Shown here piece after piece: positions 40,492 to 50,698 of a stretch of DNA of 64,000 bases. Below the pieces are notes generated by a model, which saw only the letters and a list, made by a program, of their open reading frames with translations, was not told the DNA's origin and did not search any database. Every line of letters begins with the position of its first letter. The stretch's first letter is position 1. Source of the DNA: a virus; the IMG/VR virus record IMGVR_UViG_3300027970_000006. One strand, given 5' to 3'. A program made the translations under genes and the position numbers.

Positions 40492-41216
40492 TATTTTAAA
40501 CTTTTTAATTTCATTATTGCGTCTATCAACACATTTACATCTTTTTCGCAGTATTCTGCAATTTCTTTTAACCTATTATGTTCCCAATACGCTTCGTGTA
40601 CCATACCCCCATTAATCTCACCATCTTTTGGTGTTGGTATGTCTAAACAAGCACACATTAAATCTAATGAACCAACTGCGGTGTATGCCCCATATTGCCA
40701 AATTTCTTTTGTATCAATTGCTTTAATTTCCCAAGGCTTTGTATCGTATGAAGGAAGAATCTTAGATGGCATAATCCCATTAATTATCATTCGTTTTGCT
40801 AACATAGGGATATCAAAGTTTTTTAGATTATGACCACAAAGATAAAAATCTAGTTTATGACATCTGTTTAAAAGATCCCTAACTTGTATTAGTAATTCAT
40901 GTTCATCATCTCCTGAAAATGTTTGTTTTTTTGTTTCTCCGTTGTCTAAAACAAAAGACATGGATACACAAACTATCTTTGCGAACTCAGGAACAAGAGC
41001 CGATCTTTTTTTAAACACTATATTCATATGTTCTTCCGTTGATCTGTCTTTCTCCCATTCTTTATCTTCAGGAAATCTTTTTAAAAACCAATCAAAGTAT
41101 TTGTCAAATTGCTCTGCGACTTTAGGGTTAGTTTTAATACATGATTGATAATCAGAACACCCACCAACGGTTTCAATGTCTAAAAATAAAATTTTTGTTA
41201 TTGGTATGTTAATCAT
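40491..41216 (-). CDS. PolB-like 3'-5' exonuclease (DEDD)
   Basis: FLDIET, GHN...FDIP, YC..DV. Confidence 0.85.
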   Translation of the reverse strand: MINIPITKILFLDIETVGGCSDYQSCIKTNPKVAEQFDKYFDWFLKRFPEDKEWEKDRSTEEHMNIVFKKRSALVPEFAKIVCVSMSFVLDNGETKKQTFSGDDEHELLIQVRDLLNRCHKLDFYLCGHNLKNFDIPMLAKRMIINGIMPSKILPSYDTKPWEIKAIDTKEIWQYGAYTAVGSLDLMCACLDIPTPKDGEINGGMVHEAYWEHNRLKEIAEYCEKDVNVLIDAIMKLKSLK

Positions 41217-41224
41217 TTTTTTAT

Positions 41225-41467
41225 TTAATTATTTGACGTTATTTTACCACCAAAAGGAAATCCAGCAAACCCTTCTAAATCCATAATTGACTCTAAAAGT
41301 GAAATACAATTGGTTTCGTCTTTTGAATTAAATTGATGTGATTTAAACTTATATGATGAGTCATCAGCGATAATATAAAACAACATAAAATTTTCGTTTG
41401 TTGACGGATGATTGATATAGTTATCGTATACTTCTTGTGGTGTTAATTGTTGTGTTAATGTGTTCAT
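41225..41467 (-). CDS. Hypothetical protein
   Basis: 80-aa ORF in the operon. Confidence 0.6.
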   Translation of the reverse strand: MNTLTQQLTPQEVYDNYINHPSTNENFMLFYIIADDSSYKFKSHQFNSKDETNCISLLESIMDLEGFAGFPFGGKITSNN

Positions 41468-41470
41468 ATT

Positions 41471-42682
41471 TTATTTAATTAAAGATTTATAAAATTGTGC
41501 CCTTGTTTTCGTAACCAAATTAAGATCATATCTTTCTTTTACGGTTTCATATAATCTTTCACCAAGATCGGTAATCATATTTGGATTATCAACCAATTTT
41601 TTAATGTTTTTTGCCCAATCGCTGTGATTATTACTTTCGTTAACTAATAATGCGTTACCATTTGTGAATTGACCCTTATCTAATGCGTGTTTTAAGTCAA
41701 TTGTATATGGACCAACATTGGACGCGATTATCGCTTTTTTGTAAAATCCTGCTTCAATCACTTTTAATTGAGATTTCATTCTGTTGAATATGTGATTTTT
41801 AATCGGTGCCAAAGAAATATCAAAATTTGAATAATTTCTTGCGTATGAATCTACAGGTCTTGTCCAAACTCTAACATAATTTTCATTCTGAATTGCCGGA
41901 TAATCTCCTTCTTGGAATTTATCTAAGAACGTTTTATACTCAGGAGAAATAATCTTATAGTTGTTTGTAAATATTTCTTCATATCTAACCCACACGGTTT
42001 CTTGTGGTTTGATCGGTCTTTGTGTTTGTTGTCCTGTTTCTTTATTGATTTCAGTTACTGTTCCTCTAATATCAAAACCACAAACATAATATTGTAACTT
42101 ATCTTGCATCGGAGATAATTTATTAACCATTCCGTCTAATAATTTTAAATCGTGTAAGTGTGATGATCCTCCTAACCACCCAACTCTAATTTTGTTTGAT
42201 GTTGGTGTTGGTTCTTTAAATTGTGGTTCATTTGGGTCAATTGCGTTTGGTAAAACAATAACATTTTTATTAAACTTTCTAATTTCATTGGCAAATATCT
42301 CTGTGGTTGTTATCACATAATCTGCAGCTCTTAAATTATCAACAATTTTTGTGTGGAGTTTGTTTTCAACAATTAGTTGATGGATTGGGTGTTCTTTTGT
42401 TGGTAACCAATAATCATCAATATCAGCAATTACAACAATTCCCAAACTTTGTAATGACTTAATTAATTGTGGGCATTGCTCAATTTGACCCATACTTCTA
42501 TGAAAATGAACAATTTGGTATTTTTTCCAAAAATTGATATCATTTAATTTAGGTTGATAGTCAATATCAACGTGAAAATCATCAGGATAAAGGTTTTGGA
42601 GTTTAATATGGGGGTCAACCGATCGAAATTTTCCTACTCCTGACGTATCTGAGGGGGTCACTAAAACGTTAATTTTTGACAT
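41471..42682 (-). CDS. GT4-like glycosyltransferase (start ATG 42682; track 42709)
   Basis: G.G.FR...P, DIDD, VGW.GGSSH..DL, DISLAP....FN..KSQLK.IEAG. Confidence 0.85.
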   Translation of the reverse strand: MSKINVLVTPSDTSGVGKFRSVDPHIKLQNLYPDDFHVDIDYQPKLNDINFWKKYQIVHFHRSMGQIEQCPQLIKSLQSLGIVVIADIDDYWLPTKEHPIHQLIVENKLHTKIVDNLRAADYVITTTEIFANEIRKFNKNVIVLPNAIDPNEPQFKEPTPTSNKIRVGWLGGSSHLHDLKLLDGMVNKLSPMQDKLQYYVCGFDIRGTVTEINKETGQQTQRPIKPQETVWVRYEEIFTNNYKIISPEYKTFLDKFQEGDYPAIQNENYVRVWTRPVDSYARNYSNFDISLAPIKNHIFNRMKSQLKVIEAGFYKKAIIASNVGPYTIDLKHALDKGQFTNGNALLVNESNNHSDWAKNIKKLVDNPNMITDLGERLYETVKERYDLNLVTKTRAQFYKSLIK

Positions 42683-42728
42683 ATTTTCTTTTTGTTTAAT
42701 TGTAGTCAAAAACTAAAGAATAATCAAT

Positions 42729-42758
42729 AAAAAAACCCACTCTTTTGAAATGGGTTTT
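42729..42758 (-). terminator. Rho-independent terminator (- strand)
   Basis: On the - strand: AAAACCCA-11 nt loop-TGGGTTTTTTT, downstream of 42784..43389. Confidence 0.6.
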
Positions 42759-42783
42759 CTGTTTGGGGTTTGCCTGAAAAGTA

Positions 42784-43389
42784 TTATTTAGTCATTTTTT
42801 TAATTTTAAGAACTTTACCTTCAAATAAATGTTGTCCTACACGAAATTTAAACATTTCAGAACTTTTAGTTTCTGATTCAATCAATAGTCCGTTTTCTGA
42901 CAACACATCTTCCATTGTTTCTCTAACAATATTTTTAATATCATTTGCCGATAATCCAATTGATGATTGTTGTGTTTGTGATTGTGGTTCTCTTCTCTGA
43001 GTTTCTTCTTTAATAAAATCACCTTTAGGGTTTGTATTCATTAATCTTGACGCTTTTTCAACCAATTCATTACTTAAAACCGCGCCAGACCCAACTCCCA
43101 TTGTTGGTTGTTGGATTGGGTGTTCTATCATTAATCTTTTAATTTCGTCGGGAAGTTTTGAATTTGCAATCCTATCTTCTGTTGGAAGGGTCGGTTGTTT
43201 TGGGGGTGAATAAGGTTTGGTTTCTTCCATAAACTCTTGTGGTATATTGTATTTTGCTGGTGCAGCATCATACCCTTCTACAACAGGAGTTGTCATTTCT
43301 CTTACTTGACCTCTACCAATTTCATTATGTCTATCCATGATTTTTTTTGAAACCATGAGTTTTTGTAGTAATTCTGATTCTGAATTCAT
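42784..43389 (-). CDS. Hypothetical protein
   Basis: 201-aa ORF. Confidence 0.75.
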   Translation of the reverse strand: MNSESELLQKLMVSKKIMDRHNEIGRGQVREMTTPVVEGYDAAPAKYNIPQEFMEETKPYSPPKQPTLPTEDRIANSKLPDEIKRLMIEHPIQQPTMGVGSGAVLSNELVEKASRLMNTNPKGDFIKEETQRREPQSQTQQSSIGLSANDIKNIVRETMEDVLSENGLLIESETKSSEMFKFRVGQHLFEGKVLKIKKMTK

Positions 43390-43408
43390 ATTAATTTAAT
43401 TTACATTT

Positions 43409-43789
43409 TTAAAAAACTGCGTTTATTATTACATTTTCCATACTTTTATCCCCATTTGGGTTATAGTTAGGTCTTGGTGTGTCAAACGTTTCTTGAGTTG
43501 GTCTTATGAATTCCATTTTATCAACCCTAAAAAACCTCCACCCCGGTAATGGTTTTTTCCCTAAATAACCTGTATGTGAAGCCCCTTCTTTGTCCCACGC
43601 TCTTAAAACAGGATTGCCTCTTTTTGTGTTACCAAAAGCAACAGGTTCAATAACCCTTAACCCTCTTCCTCCTGGTTCATCACCATTGTAATAAATTACG
43701 CACACTCTTCTGTTAGTTATAGCGTCTATGATTTGATCCTTAGATGCTACTTCTAATATAAGATTATTAAGGGTGTTGTAAAGTTTCAT
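43409..43789 (-). CDS. Stand-alone WYL-domain protein
   Basis: AI..RR...I.Y......R.IEP..........LRAW.......WR.FRVDK. Confidence 0.75.
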   Translation of the reverse strand: MKLYNTLNNLILEVASKDQIIDAITNRRVCVIYYNGDEPGGRGLRVIEPVAFGNTKRGNPVLRAWDKEGASHTGYLGKKPLPGWRFFRVDKMEFIRPTQETFDTPRPNYNPNGDKSMENVIINAVF

Positions 43790-44073
43790 TATGCCGATGG
43801 AGTAGTGTAAGGTCTGTTTGGTTGAAATTCGTTTACTTTGATCTCATTTTTTCTTTCAACAATATCAATGGAAGACCCACCATTTATTGTGTCAAGAAAA
43901 ATTCCCGTTCCTTTTCCTGATTCATCTCCATCTGAAATTGCGTCAGGATTTACCGATGAATAAGGATTTACGGTTTTGTAATCATTTTTCACGATAAGGC
44001 TTTTTCTTTGTAAGTCGGCAATTGCGGTTAAATCATTTGCCGGTTGACTGAAATCTAATCTTTCTGATTGCAT
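43789..44073 (-). CDS. Hypothetical protein
   Basis: 94-aa ORF. Confidence 0.7.
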   Translation of the reverse strand: MQSERLDFSQPANDLTAIADLQRKSLIVKNDYKTVNPYSSVNPDAISDGDESGKGTGIFLDTINGGSSIDIVERKNEIKVNEFQPNRPYTTPSA

Positions 44074-44074
44074 T

Positions 44075-44545
44075 TTAAATTATTTTTTTTATTATTTGGT
44101 TTATTCTGTCTAAGTCTTCTTTAATTCTAACATCTTGTGTAAAGGTGCTATGATCTTTTGATGGTCTAACCATATTGGCATATGGACCAAGATCCTTAAC
44201 AAGATTAACGTCTATTTGATCTGGCATAAACTCATCATCAACTCTATTCGCCAATGAATCATTATTTCTTAATTGTTTCATTGTTCCCTCAACCCAGTTT
44301 TTCATATAATCAGCCCCATTCAAAATAAATGGTGCATCGGTCCCATCTCCATCATATGTATCAAACCAATTTTTAATTCTTCCAAGTTGTTGATAAGTCA
44401 CATAACCCGTATCTCTTAACTCCTCATTTCTTTTATGACCTTCAATAGAAGAATCTGAATTTGGAAACTCGTCAAAACAGGTTTGCAAATATTCGGTTAC
44501 CTCTTTTGGTAATGGAATTGTTTTATTATATAAATTACTATTCAC
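44075..44545 (-). CDS. Hypothetical protein
   Basis: 156-aa ORF. Confidence 0.7.
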   Translation of the reverse strand: MNSNLYNKTIPLPKEVTEYLQTCFDEFPNSDSSIEGHKRNEELRDTGYVTYQQLGRIKNWFDTYDGDGTDAPFILNGADYMKNWVEGTMKQLRNNDSLANRVDDEFMPDQIDVNLVKDLGPYANMVRPSKDHSTFTQDVRIKEDLDRINQIIKKII

Positions 44546-45422
44546 CTTGTTTTAAATGTTTGATTAATTTTTCTATGCTAATGTTTTCTTTTTCTGCCAA
44601 TTTTTTAATTGCCTCAATATTTCTCATTAAAATTTTTGAAATGACGTTATTGTCATCTTCATCTTTATATTTTTTAACAACCTCTTTGTCTTTTGATTTT
44701 TTTGAAATAATAATTTCGTCAATCATCTTTTCCATTTTTTGTTTTTCAAGTTCCGCCAATCTTCTTTTTGTAAAACAATTTTTACATTGACCCATTCTTT
44801 TTTCTTGTTTAAGTTCTTTATCTAGTTTCTTATCAAAACCAAATCTTTTCAATCTTTCATCTCTTTCAATTGGATCTTCAACATCCATTTTCTTTAATAT
44901 TTTGTTTGCCACATCATATGTTGGAGCGTCTTCGGTTTCTTCAAACCCAAAAGATTCTGATTGATCAACTTCACTTAAAGGTTTTCCATTATTTTCTTCA
45001 CCTTCACCATAATAAACACGGATAAAAGGAAATTGATTTGACTTTGTCATACGAACCGTTTGGTCAGTAGTTTTCTTAGCCAAGTTTCTTTGGTTTAAAA
45101 TTGGAATACTTGATCCAATTACAGACCCATCAGGATTAACCAACTCTCCCAACTCTCCGTCAGGTTTTTCTTTTCTTTTTGCGTTTGAATCTAAAAGAGT
45201 ATGAACTTGTTTTTTTGTTAATTTTTTCCCTGAATTTAATATTTTTGAAATAACATTTTGAATTTCTCTAAACACCTCTTTATCTACAACAATAACGTCA
45301 TCTTGTTTTCTTGACTCACTAATAGTATTTGATACCGAATAATAAACAGCAATTTTATTTCCCTTATCTTTTAAAAAGAAATAATATGGTTCGTTGTAAT
45401 ACTCATGGTTTAATTTAATCAT
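44538..45422 (-). CDS. Hypothetical protein
   Basis: 294-aa ORF with TATTTAT upstream. Confidence 0.7.
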   Translation of the reverse strand: MIKLNHEYYNEPYYFFLKDKGNKIAVYYSVSNTISESRKQDDVIVVDKEVFREIQNVISKILNSGKKLTKKQVHTLLDSNAKRKEKPDGELGELVNPDGSVIGSSIPILNQRNLAKKTTDQTVRMTKSNQFPFIRVYYGEGEENNGKPLSEVDQSESFGFEETEDAPTYDVANKILKKMDVEDPIERDERLKRFGFDKKLDKELKQEKRMGQCKNCFTKRRLAELEKQKMEKMIDEIIISKKSKDKEVVKKYKDEDDNNVISKILMRNIEAIKKLAEKENISIEKLIKHLKQGE

Positions 45423-45475
45423 GATTTAATTTTCTTAATAAATACTTTGATTTGTTGTATTTATTAATAAAAGAA

Positions 45476-47842
45476 ATGGCATATCAAAATATAAATCAAT
45501 ATAATTATCAGAAATTAAAAATGCAAGTCATTTATGACGGGCAAGATATGTCGTTGGCATCTGATGAGGTTGATTTTAATCAAGAAGTTGTGTTTTCACC
45601 ATACTTAATTGGTGTTGATGATGGTGAAAAATTACCAATATCTCTTAATCTTAATAGTCCTTTAACTACCCAAAATCTTAATTTAATCTATGGAAACTAT
45701 GACATCAATAACGTTATTGTTTCTGAAAATTTTTACCAACCAAAAGATTTAAATTTAAATTGTTTTAGTTCTAACACAACTTGTGATATTGGTTTAACAG
45801 GTATTGACAATGGATTGGTTACCAAAATTAAAGGGGACTCTTTAGTTTTTACTAATGGTTTATTTACAGACGCAGAAAAATTTGACAGATTATATTATGA
45901 CAGAAGAATGAAGTTCATTCAAACAACAACAAATGTTCCGTCTAACAATAAGTTTTCAGGAATACCTGAATACACAACATATCAAATGGTCTCAAAAGTT
46001 AGTCCAATTTTTGGAAGGTATGTTGAACTTTATGGTGGTTTTTATCAAGGGTTTTATAAGTTATTTGGTTATGACTATGATATTCTTCCTGAAAGAATGC
46101 ACAAAGGATGGTCTGTTGAATTATTATTAAAACCAAGATTTGGTGATGAATATTCTCCACCGCCAGGATATACAACCTTAAATCAAATATACCCCAACAA
46201 TAAAAATACTTTCTTTTATATGGGGACAAGGGCCGAAAATAAATTCTATCATTACGCCGATGGTAAAGCAAAATGTGATCCTGATTATGTTAGGGTTACG
46301 TCTGGTTTAACAAAAGAAGAAACTTGTGCTTGTTGTGATTATTCGGTTAATAATAGTAGATGTATATATGTGTATCCACCAAGACCTATTGGTGGTGTTT
46401 ATGATCCACATCTAAACTACGGATGTAATTTATGTAAAGGTGACAATGAACAAAAACTCACTTGTGGTTGTGGTTGTGATCAAGAACCTTGTGAAACTTG
46501 TGGGTGGATGTGTTTTCAACATAATTGCTCAACAATTAATGTCCCAACCCCAACCCCGACTCCAACACCAACAACAACTCCCCCTTGTGATACCTATCCT
46601 TCGGTGATTGCGTGTAGTCCAACGGTTCCATGTTGCACGTCTTGTCCTTCATGTGGATGTGATACTTGTGGATGCCCTCCATCATATCCATCAACAATTT
46701 TTTCATCAGTAGAAGATACTTGTGAAAAAGATCCAAAATTTGATGCGTTATCCAATAATATTTCATTTAGATTATGTGGTGAACCACAAAACCCCGGAAT
46801 TGGTATTAGAGCAATTAAAATTACGGGAGATTGCGTAACAACAGGTTCTTGTGTGACAGGTCAAACATATGTGACAGGATATACGATAGTTGACATTTGC
46901 ACCCCACCAATTTACCCGTATTGTTTAGAAGTGAACCCATCTTGGTTAGGTATTGAGCATTGGTTTTTACTTAATGTTGTTTGGGAACGATATACTTATT
47001 TAGATTATTGTGATTTAAGATGGTTTGGTGGATTAGACGATATAACAAGAGTAGAATTACTTCAAAGTTTGGCAAACAACACGGTATCGTTAATCGCTCC
47101 TCCATACACAAACGGATATGAAGTCCCTGGCCAAGTTGAGATTGTTCAATTAAATCAAAGATGGTTAGACGACACCAAGTTTAGAATGGGTAGATTAAAG
47201 ATCTATATTAATGGTAGAATATTTTATACCATAGAAGATTTTGAAGAAGTAATACCAAGAGGGTTAGACACAGATAAAGAAAAACAAGTTGGGGTTCCTT
47301 TTAATATGTCTTGGGGTGGTGGAACTCAAGGTCTTCACGAAAACTTAACCCTTAATTTTTGTAAAATTTGGAGTTATTCTGTAGGAAATGTAACCACAGA
47401 TATAGTTTATAATGATTGTGATAATAATCCAATAACATTATCAGGTCTTACAAATGTGTCTGGAAGTATTATTGTTGATAAAAACTCAACACCATATTTT
47501 ACAATTTCAGATATAAATAATGTTTTAAGTTTTACGGGAGATTATTCGTTAAAAGCGAATGACTATAATCAAGACCCAGAATGTTTCCCAAATAATATTT
47601 TAAGTGCCACGACATTAAATAAATTAAAGACACACATTTTATTAGAAGAAAACTTTGCAGGAACTTTTGATGGGGCAATTTCTCAATTTAGATTTTACAC
47701 CGAACCATTGTCTTCTCCTGAAGTAAAACATAATTTCAAATTATTAAGAGATACTTTTTATATGTTTGATCCCGATTGTCCAAATTGTGATCTTGCCGCT
47801 TGTCTCCCTAATGATTTTACTTATACAATAATTAACACATAG
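45476..47842 (+). CDS. Cys-rich putative virion protein with LamG/concanavalin-like elements (start ATG 45476; track 45452)
   Basis: GWSVEL.L, G.LKIYING, F.G.ISQFRFY..PL...EV..NF; Cys-rich/TP insert. Confidence 0.6.
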   Translation: MAYQNINQYNYQKLKMQVIYDGQDMSLASDEVDFNQEVVFSPYLIGVDDGEKLPISLNLNSPLTTQNLNLIYGNYDINNVIVSENFYQPKDLNLNCFSSNTTCDIGLTGIDNGLVTKIKGDSLVFTNGLFTDAEKFDRLYYDRRMKFIQTTTNVPSNNKFSGIPEYTTYQMVSKVSPIFGRYVELYGGFYQGFYKLFGYDYDILPERMHKGWSVELLLKPRFGDEYSPPPGYTTLNQIYPNNKNTFFYMGTRAENKFYHYADGKAKCDPDYVRVTSGLTKEETCACCDYSVNNSRCIYVYPPRPIGGVYDPHLNYGCNLCKGDNEQKLTCGCGCDQEPCETCGWMCFQHNCSTINVPTPTPTPTPTTTPPCDTYPSVIACSPTVPCCTSCPSCGCDTCGCPPSYPSTIFSSVEDTCEKDPKFDALSNNISFRLCGEPQNPGIGIRAIKITGDCVTTGSCVTGQTYVTGYTIVDICTPPIYPYCLEVNPSWLGIEHWFLLNVVWERYTYLDYCDLRWFGGLDDITRVELLQSLANNTVSLIAPPYTNGYEVPGQVEIVQLNQRWLDDTKFRMGRLKIYINGRIFYTIEDFEEVIPRGLDTDKEKQVGVPFNMSWGGGTQGLHENLTLNFCKIWSYSVGNVTTDIVYNDCDNNPITLSGLTNVSGSIIVDKNSTPYFTISDINNVLSFTGDYSLKANDYNQDPECFPNNILSATTLNKLKTHILLEENFAGTFDGAISQFRFYTEPLSSPEVKHNFKLLRDTFYMFDPDCPNCDLAACLPNDFTYTIINT

Positions 47843-49351
47843 ATGAGTCAGAATATATTAATTAATAGTGTTTTTTATGATGGCGAATTGGCCGAAGTTT
47901 TATTCAAACCAGACAATGACGATGTTGTTTTAAATTTTGACCAAATAACATTACCATTTTTATTTGAGCCTTATTTATTATTTCCGCCAAGAGAGATTTA
48001 TGGGACATATACGATTAAACCTGTTTCATCAAGTTGTCCTTATTTTTTAAACGTAGTTAGACCAACCCCAACTCCGACGCCAACACCAAGTCCTACAAGA
48101 ACTCCGACACCAACACCTACAACAACAAATACACCAACACCTACATTAGACCCGTGTAAACTACCAAGTCCAACGCCAACATCTACTTTAACACCAACAC
48201 CGACACCAACAATTAGTGTGACTCCGACACCAACACCGACTTGGAATCCATGTATTACTCCATTCCCACAACTTATGGTAAATATTTTGTTGGAGATAAT
48301 TCCAGGATCTGTAAAATTAAAAGCGACGGTATCATATAATCAAGGTTTACCAAATGACACATATATTTGTTTTGATGCAATATTAACAACAAAAACAAAT
48401 GAAATAATTGTTGTTCCAAAACGATTTTTAATTAATTCTGGAACAATGATGGGCGTATTTGAAACAAAATTAGATTTAGATTTTGATTCAATAAAAGATG
48501 TTGTGTTTATTGAAAATACTCAAATTGAGGGTCATGATATTACACCAAATTTTATACAAGAAATAAAAAAACATTTACCACCAACTAATACACCAACACC
48601 GACAAATACCCCAACTAACACACCGACAAATACCCCAACTAATACTCCAACTCCAACACCAACAAATACCCCAACACCAACAAATACCCCAACACCTACA
48701 ATTACACCAAGTGTTGGGTCATCACCAACACCAACTCCAACTAATACTGCAACTCCTACGGTAACTCCTACAAATACATTAACGGCAACTCCTACGGTAA
48801 CTCCTACAATTACACCCACAACCACTGAAACACCAACTCCTACACCAACTAATACATTAACTGCAACACCTACAAACACACCAACACCTACTACCACTGA
48901 AACTCCTACACCGACACCTACAACCACTGAAACTCCTACACCGACACCTACGTCAACTAACACTCCTACTCCTACGTCAACTAACACTCCTACTCCTACT
49001 CCAACATCAACACCAACGACTATTCCAAAAATTTATTTTGGAAAATCAGTAAACGCAAACTTTAATTCAGGAGACGAGTTGTTGTTGTCGACAATTGATA
49101 CTTCGCAAACAACTAATTTATATTTGGAAATTCCATCAGGTCCGGGTTATTTTTATATTTTAATTCCATCCGCAAGTAATCAACCATCAATGTTTAAAAA
49201 TAGTGATTCGGGTTGTAATGGTTTTGTTATTCCGATAACAACAAAACCTGATGTAAATATAATTGACAATTTTGGGAACTATACTATTTATTCAGTATAT
49301 AGATCATATATATCAACCTTTGCTAAAGTTGATGTGTGGGTATGTGAATAA
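47843..49351 (+). CDS. Thr/Pro-rich mucin-like putative virion protein
   Basis: Two long (TP)n/(TPTN)n tracts separating globular segments. Confidence 0.75.
   Translation: MSQNILINSVFYDGELAEVLFKPDNDDVVLNFDQITLPFLFEPYLLFPPREIYGTYTIKPVSSSCPYFLNVVRPTPTPTPTPSPTRTPTPTPTTTNTPTPTLDPCKLPSPTPTSTLTPTPTPTISVTPTPTPTWNPCITPFPQLMVNILLEIIPGSVKLKATVSYNQGLPNDTYICFDAILTTKTNEIIVVPKRFLINSGTMMGVFETKLDLDFDSIKDVVFIENTQIEGHDITPNFIQEIKKHLPPTNTPTPTNTPTNTPTNTPTNTPTPTPTNTPTPTNTPTPTITPSVGSSPTPTPTNTATPTVTPTNTLTATPTVTPTITPTTTETPTPTPTNTLTATPTNTPTPTTTETPTPTPTTTETPTPTPTSTNTPTPTSTNTPTPTPTSTPTTIPKIYFGKSVNANFNSGDELLLSTIDTSQTTNLYLEIPSGPGYFYILIPSASNQPSMFKNSDSGCNGFVIPITTKPDVNIIDNFGNYTIYSVYRSYISTFAKVDVWVCE
48578..49026 (+). repeat. 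Low-complexity Thr-Pro coding repeat (a second tract lies at ~48062-48241)
   Basis: ACACCAAC/ACTCCTAC units. Confidence 0.9.
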
Positions 49352-49377
49352 TATTATATATGTATATAGAAATTTAA

Positions 49378-50163
49378 ATGGCCGATTTTAGTAAAATCGG
49401 TGGGGTGGGGATTATGGGCTTCATCTCCCCGATGGACACATTAGACACTTATGCAGTTATTGATCCTTTATATGGTATTGATGGATTACGTAATGTTGAC
49501 GAAGAATCGGATTTAAATTTAATACCATACGACAGGAGAAGACCTGGTATGATTGTCGGAACTGATGGAGGTTCTAAATTTTTCAAACTTAAAAACATAT
49601 TTTGGTCTTTTGAATTAACAGATTGGGAAGAAATTTTTTTTTTAAGTTCCACCCAATTAGATGTTCTTAGAAATTTACCCAATAATTTAGTAGTCCCTGG
49701 TGTTAATTCATCAACATTTATTGATCGTGAATTAATTTCAGGATCTATCAATAGTGTAAATAAAGAATTCCAACTTCGGTTTACACCTGAATTAAATTCA
49801 GAACACATTTATTATAATGGACTCTTACAAGATAAAGGATCGGATCTTGATTATAGTATAAGTGGAAAAACAATCACATTTAATAATCCTCCAAAAATTG
49901 GAAGTAAATTACTTTGTTCGTATAGAACTTATAGTGAAATTAATTTTATTGATCACGAATATCCTATTGGTAAAATAAATGGGGTTAATCGTATTTTTGA
50001 ACTTAGTATTAAACCAAAAACAGGAAGTGAACACATCTATTTGAATGGTCTTTTGCAAGACTTTGGTGAAAATAATGATTACACAATAAATGGAAAAACC
50101 ATAACATTTAGTATTTCACCACCTTCTTGGAGTAAAATAACCTGTTCATATAGATTTAATTAA
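49378..50163 (+). CDS. Putative virion protein with two tandem beta-rich modules
   Basis: Two copies of G.IN.VN..F.L...P...SEHIY.NGLLQD.G...DY.I.GKTITF...P...SK..CSY. Confidence 0.7.
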   Translation: MADFSKIGGVGIMGFISPMDTLDTYAVIDPLYGIDGLRNVDEESDLNLIPYDRRRPGMIVGTDGGSKFFKLKNIFWSFELTDWEEIFFLSSTQLDVLRNLPNNLVVPGVNSSTFIDRELISGSINSVNKEFQLRFTPELNSEHIYYNGLLQDKGSDLDYSISGKTITFNNPPKIGSKLLCSYRTYSEINFIDHEYPIGKINGVNRIFELSIKPKTGSEHIYLNGLLQDFGENNDYTINGKTITFSISPPSWSKITCSYRFN

Positions 50164-50229
50164 AATAAAATTAACATAAAAACATTACAACTTAAAAGAT
50201 AAACATATTTATAATAAGAAAGAAAAAAA

Positions 50230-50466
50230 ATGATGGAACAAGAAGAAAAATACTCAACGTCAGATTTATATTTAGGGGCGTATTTAAAATTAAAAGGATT
50301 TAAGATGTCTGTTGAAAAACAAAGAAATAAAGCTGTTTTTATGTTTGATAAGACGGAAGAAATACAACAAGAAGTTAATAATTACTTAAATGAAAGTGGT
50401 TCATGTGGACCCCTTTTATATACAAATTCAATTAAGAATTTAAAAAATTTATTATATAATTTGTAA
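50230..50466 (+). CDS. DUF5659-like small protein
   Basis: TSDLYL.AYL...G.........F.F..........Y..........Y...IK.LK pattern. Confidence 0.65.
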   Translation: MMEQEEKYSTSDLYLGAYLKLKGFKMSVEKQRNKAVFMFDKTEEIQQEVNNYLNESGSCGPLLYTNSIKNLKNLLYNL

Positions 50467-50494
50467 AAAGTTTGTCTTTTTCAAATTTACCAAA

Positions 50495-50698
50495 TATTTA
50501 TATGTAAATATCGTCGTGTTATGCGGCAATTATTAATATCTCTTATTTATCTCCTTATTTAAATTAATCTATTATTACGTGGGTGTTTTTATCCTTAAAA
50601 CCACCCTGTTACTATTTGTATGCGTAATCCAACTTGCCTCAAGAGTTGAGAACAAGGTGTAAAGATCACTTTTTAATAAATAAAAAAATAATTTTTTT
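50495..50698 (+). promoter_or_regulatory. TATTTATA promoter-like motif plus ~200-nt structured 5' leader of the coiled-coil fibre gene
   Basis: Motif at 50495-50502; several GC-containing hairpins at 50513-50672. Confidence 0.45.

Noticed and set aside
25863-42682. GT cluster as DNA hypermodification machinery or host contamination
   Set aside because: No hydroxymethylase or T4-type DNA glucosyltransferase was recognised. The families are surface-glycan types and are interspersed with phage genes (sigma, phoH, dut, homing nucleases). DNA modification by individual GTs is not strictly excluded
42695-42728. Sigma70-like TTGATT-N17-TACAAT upstream of the GT operon (similar TTGATA-N17-TACAAT at ~10152-10180; TATATTTG upstream of 18436)
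   Set aside because: Plausible early promoters, but such matches are common by chance at this AT content; not supported without TSS data
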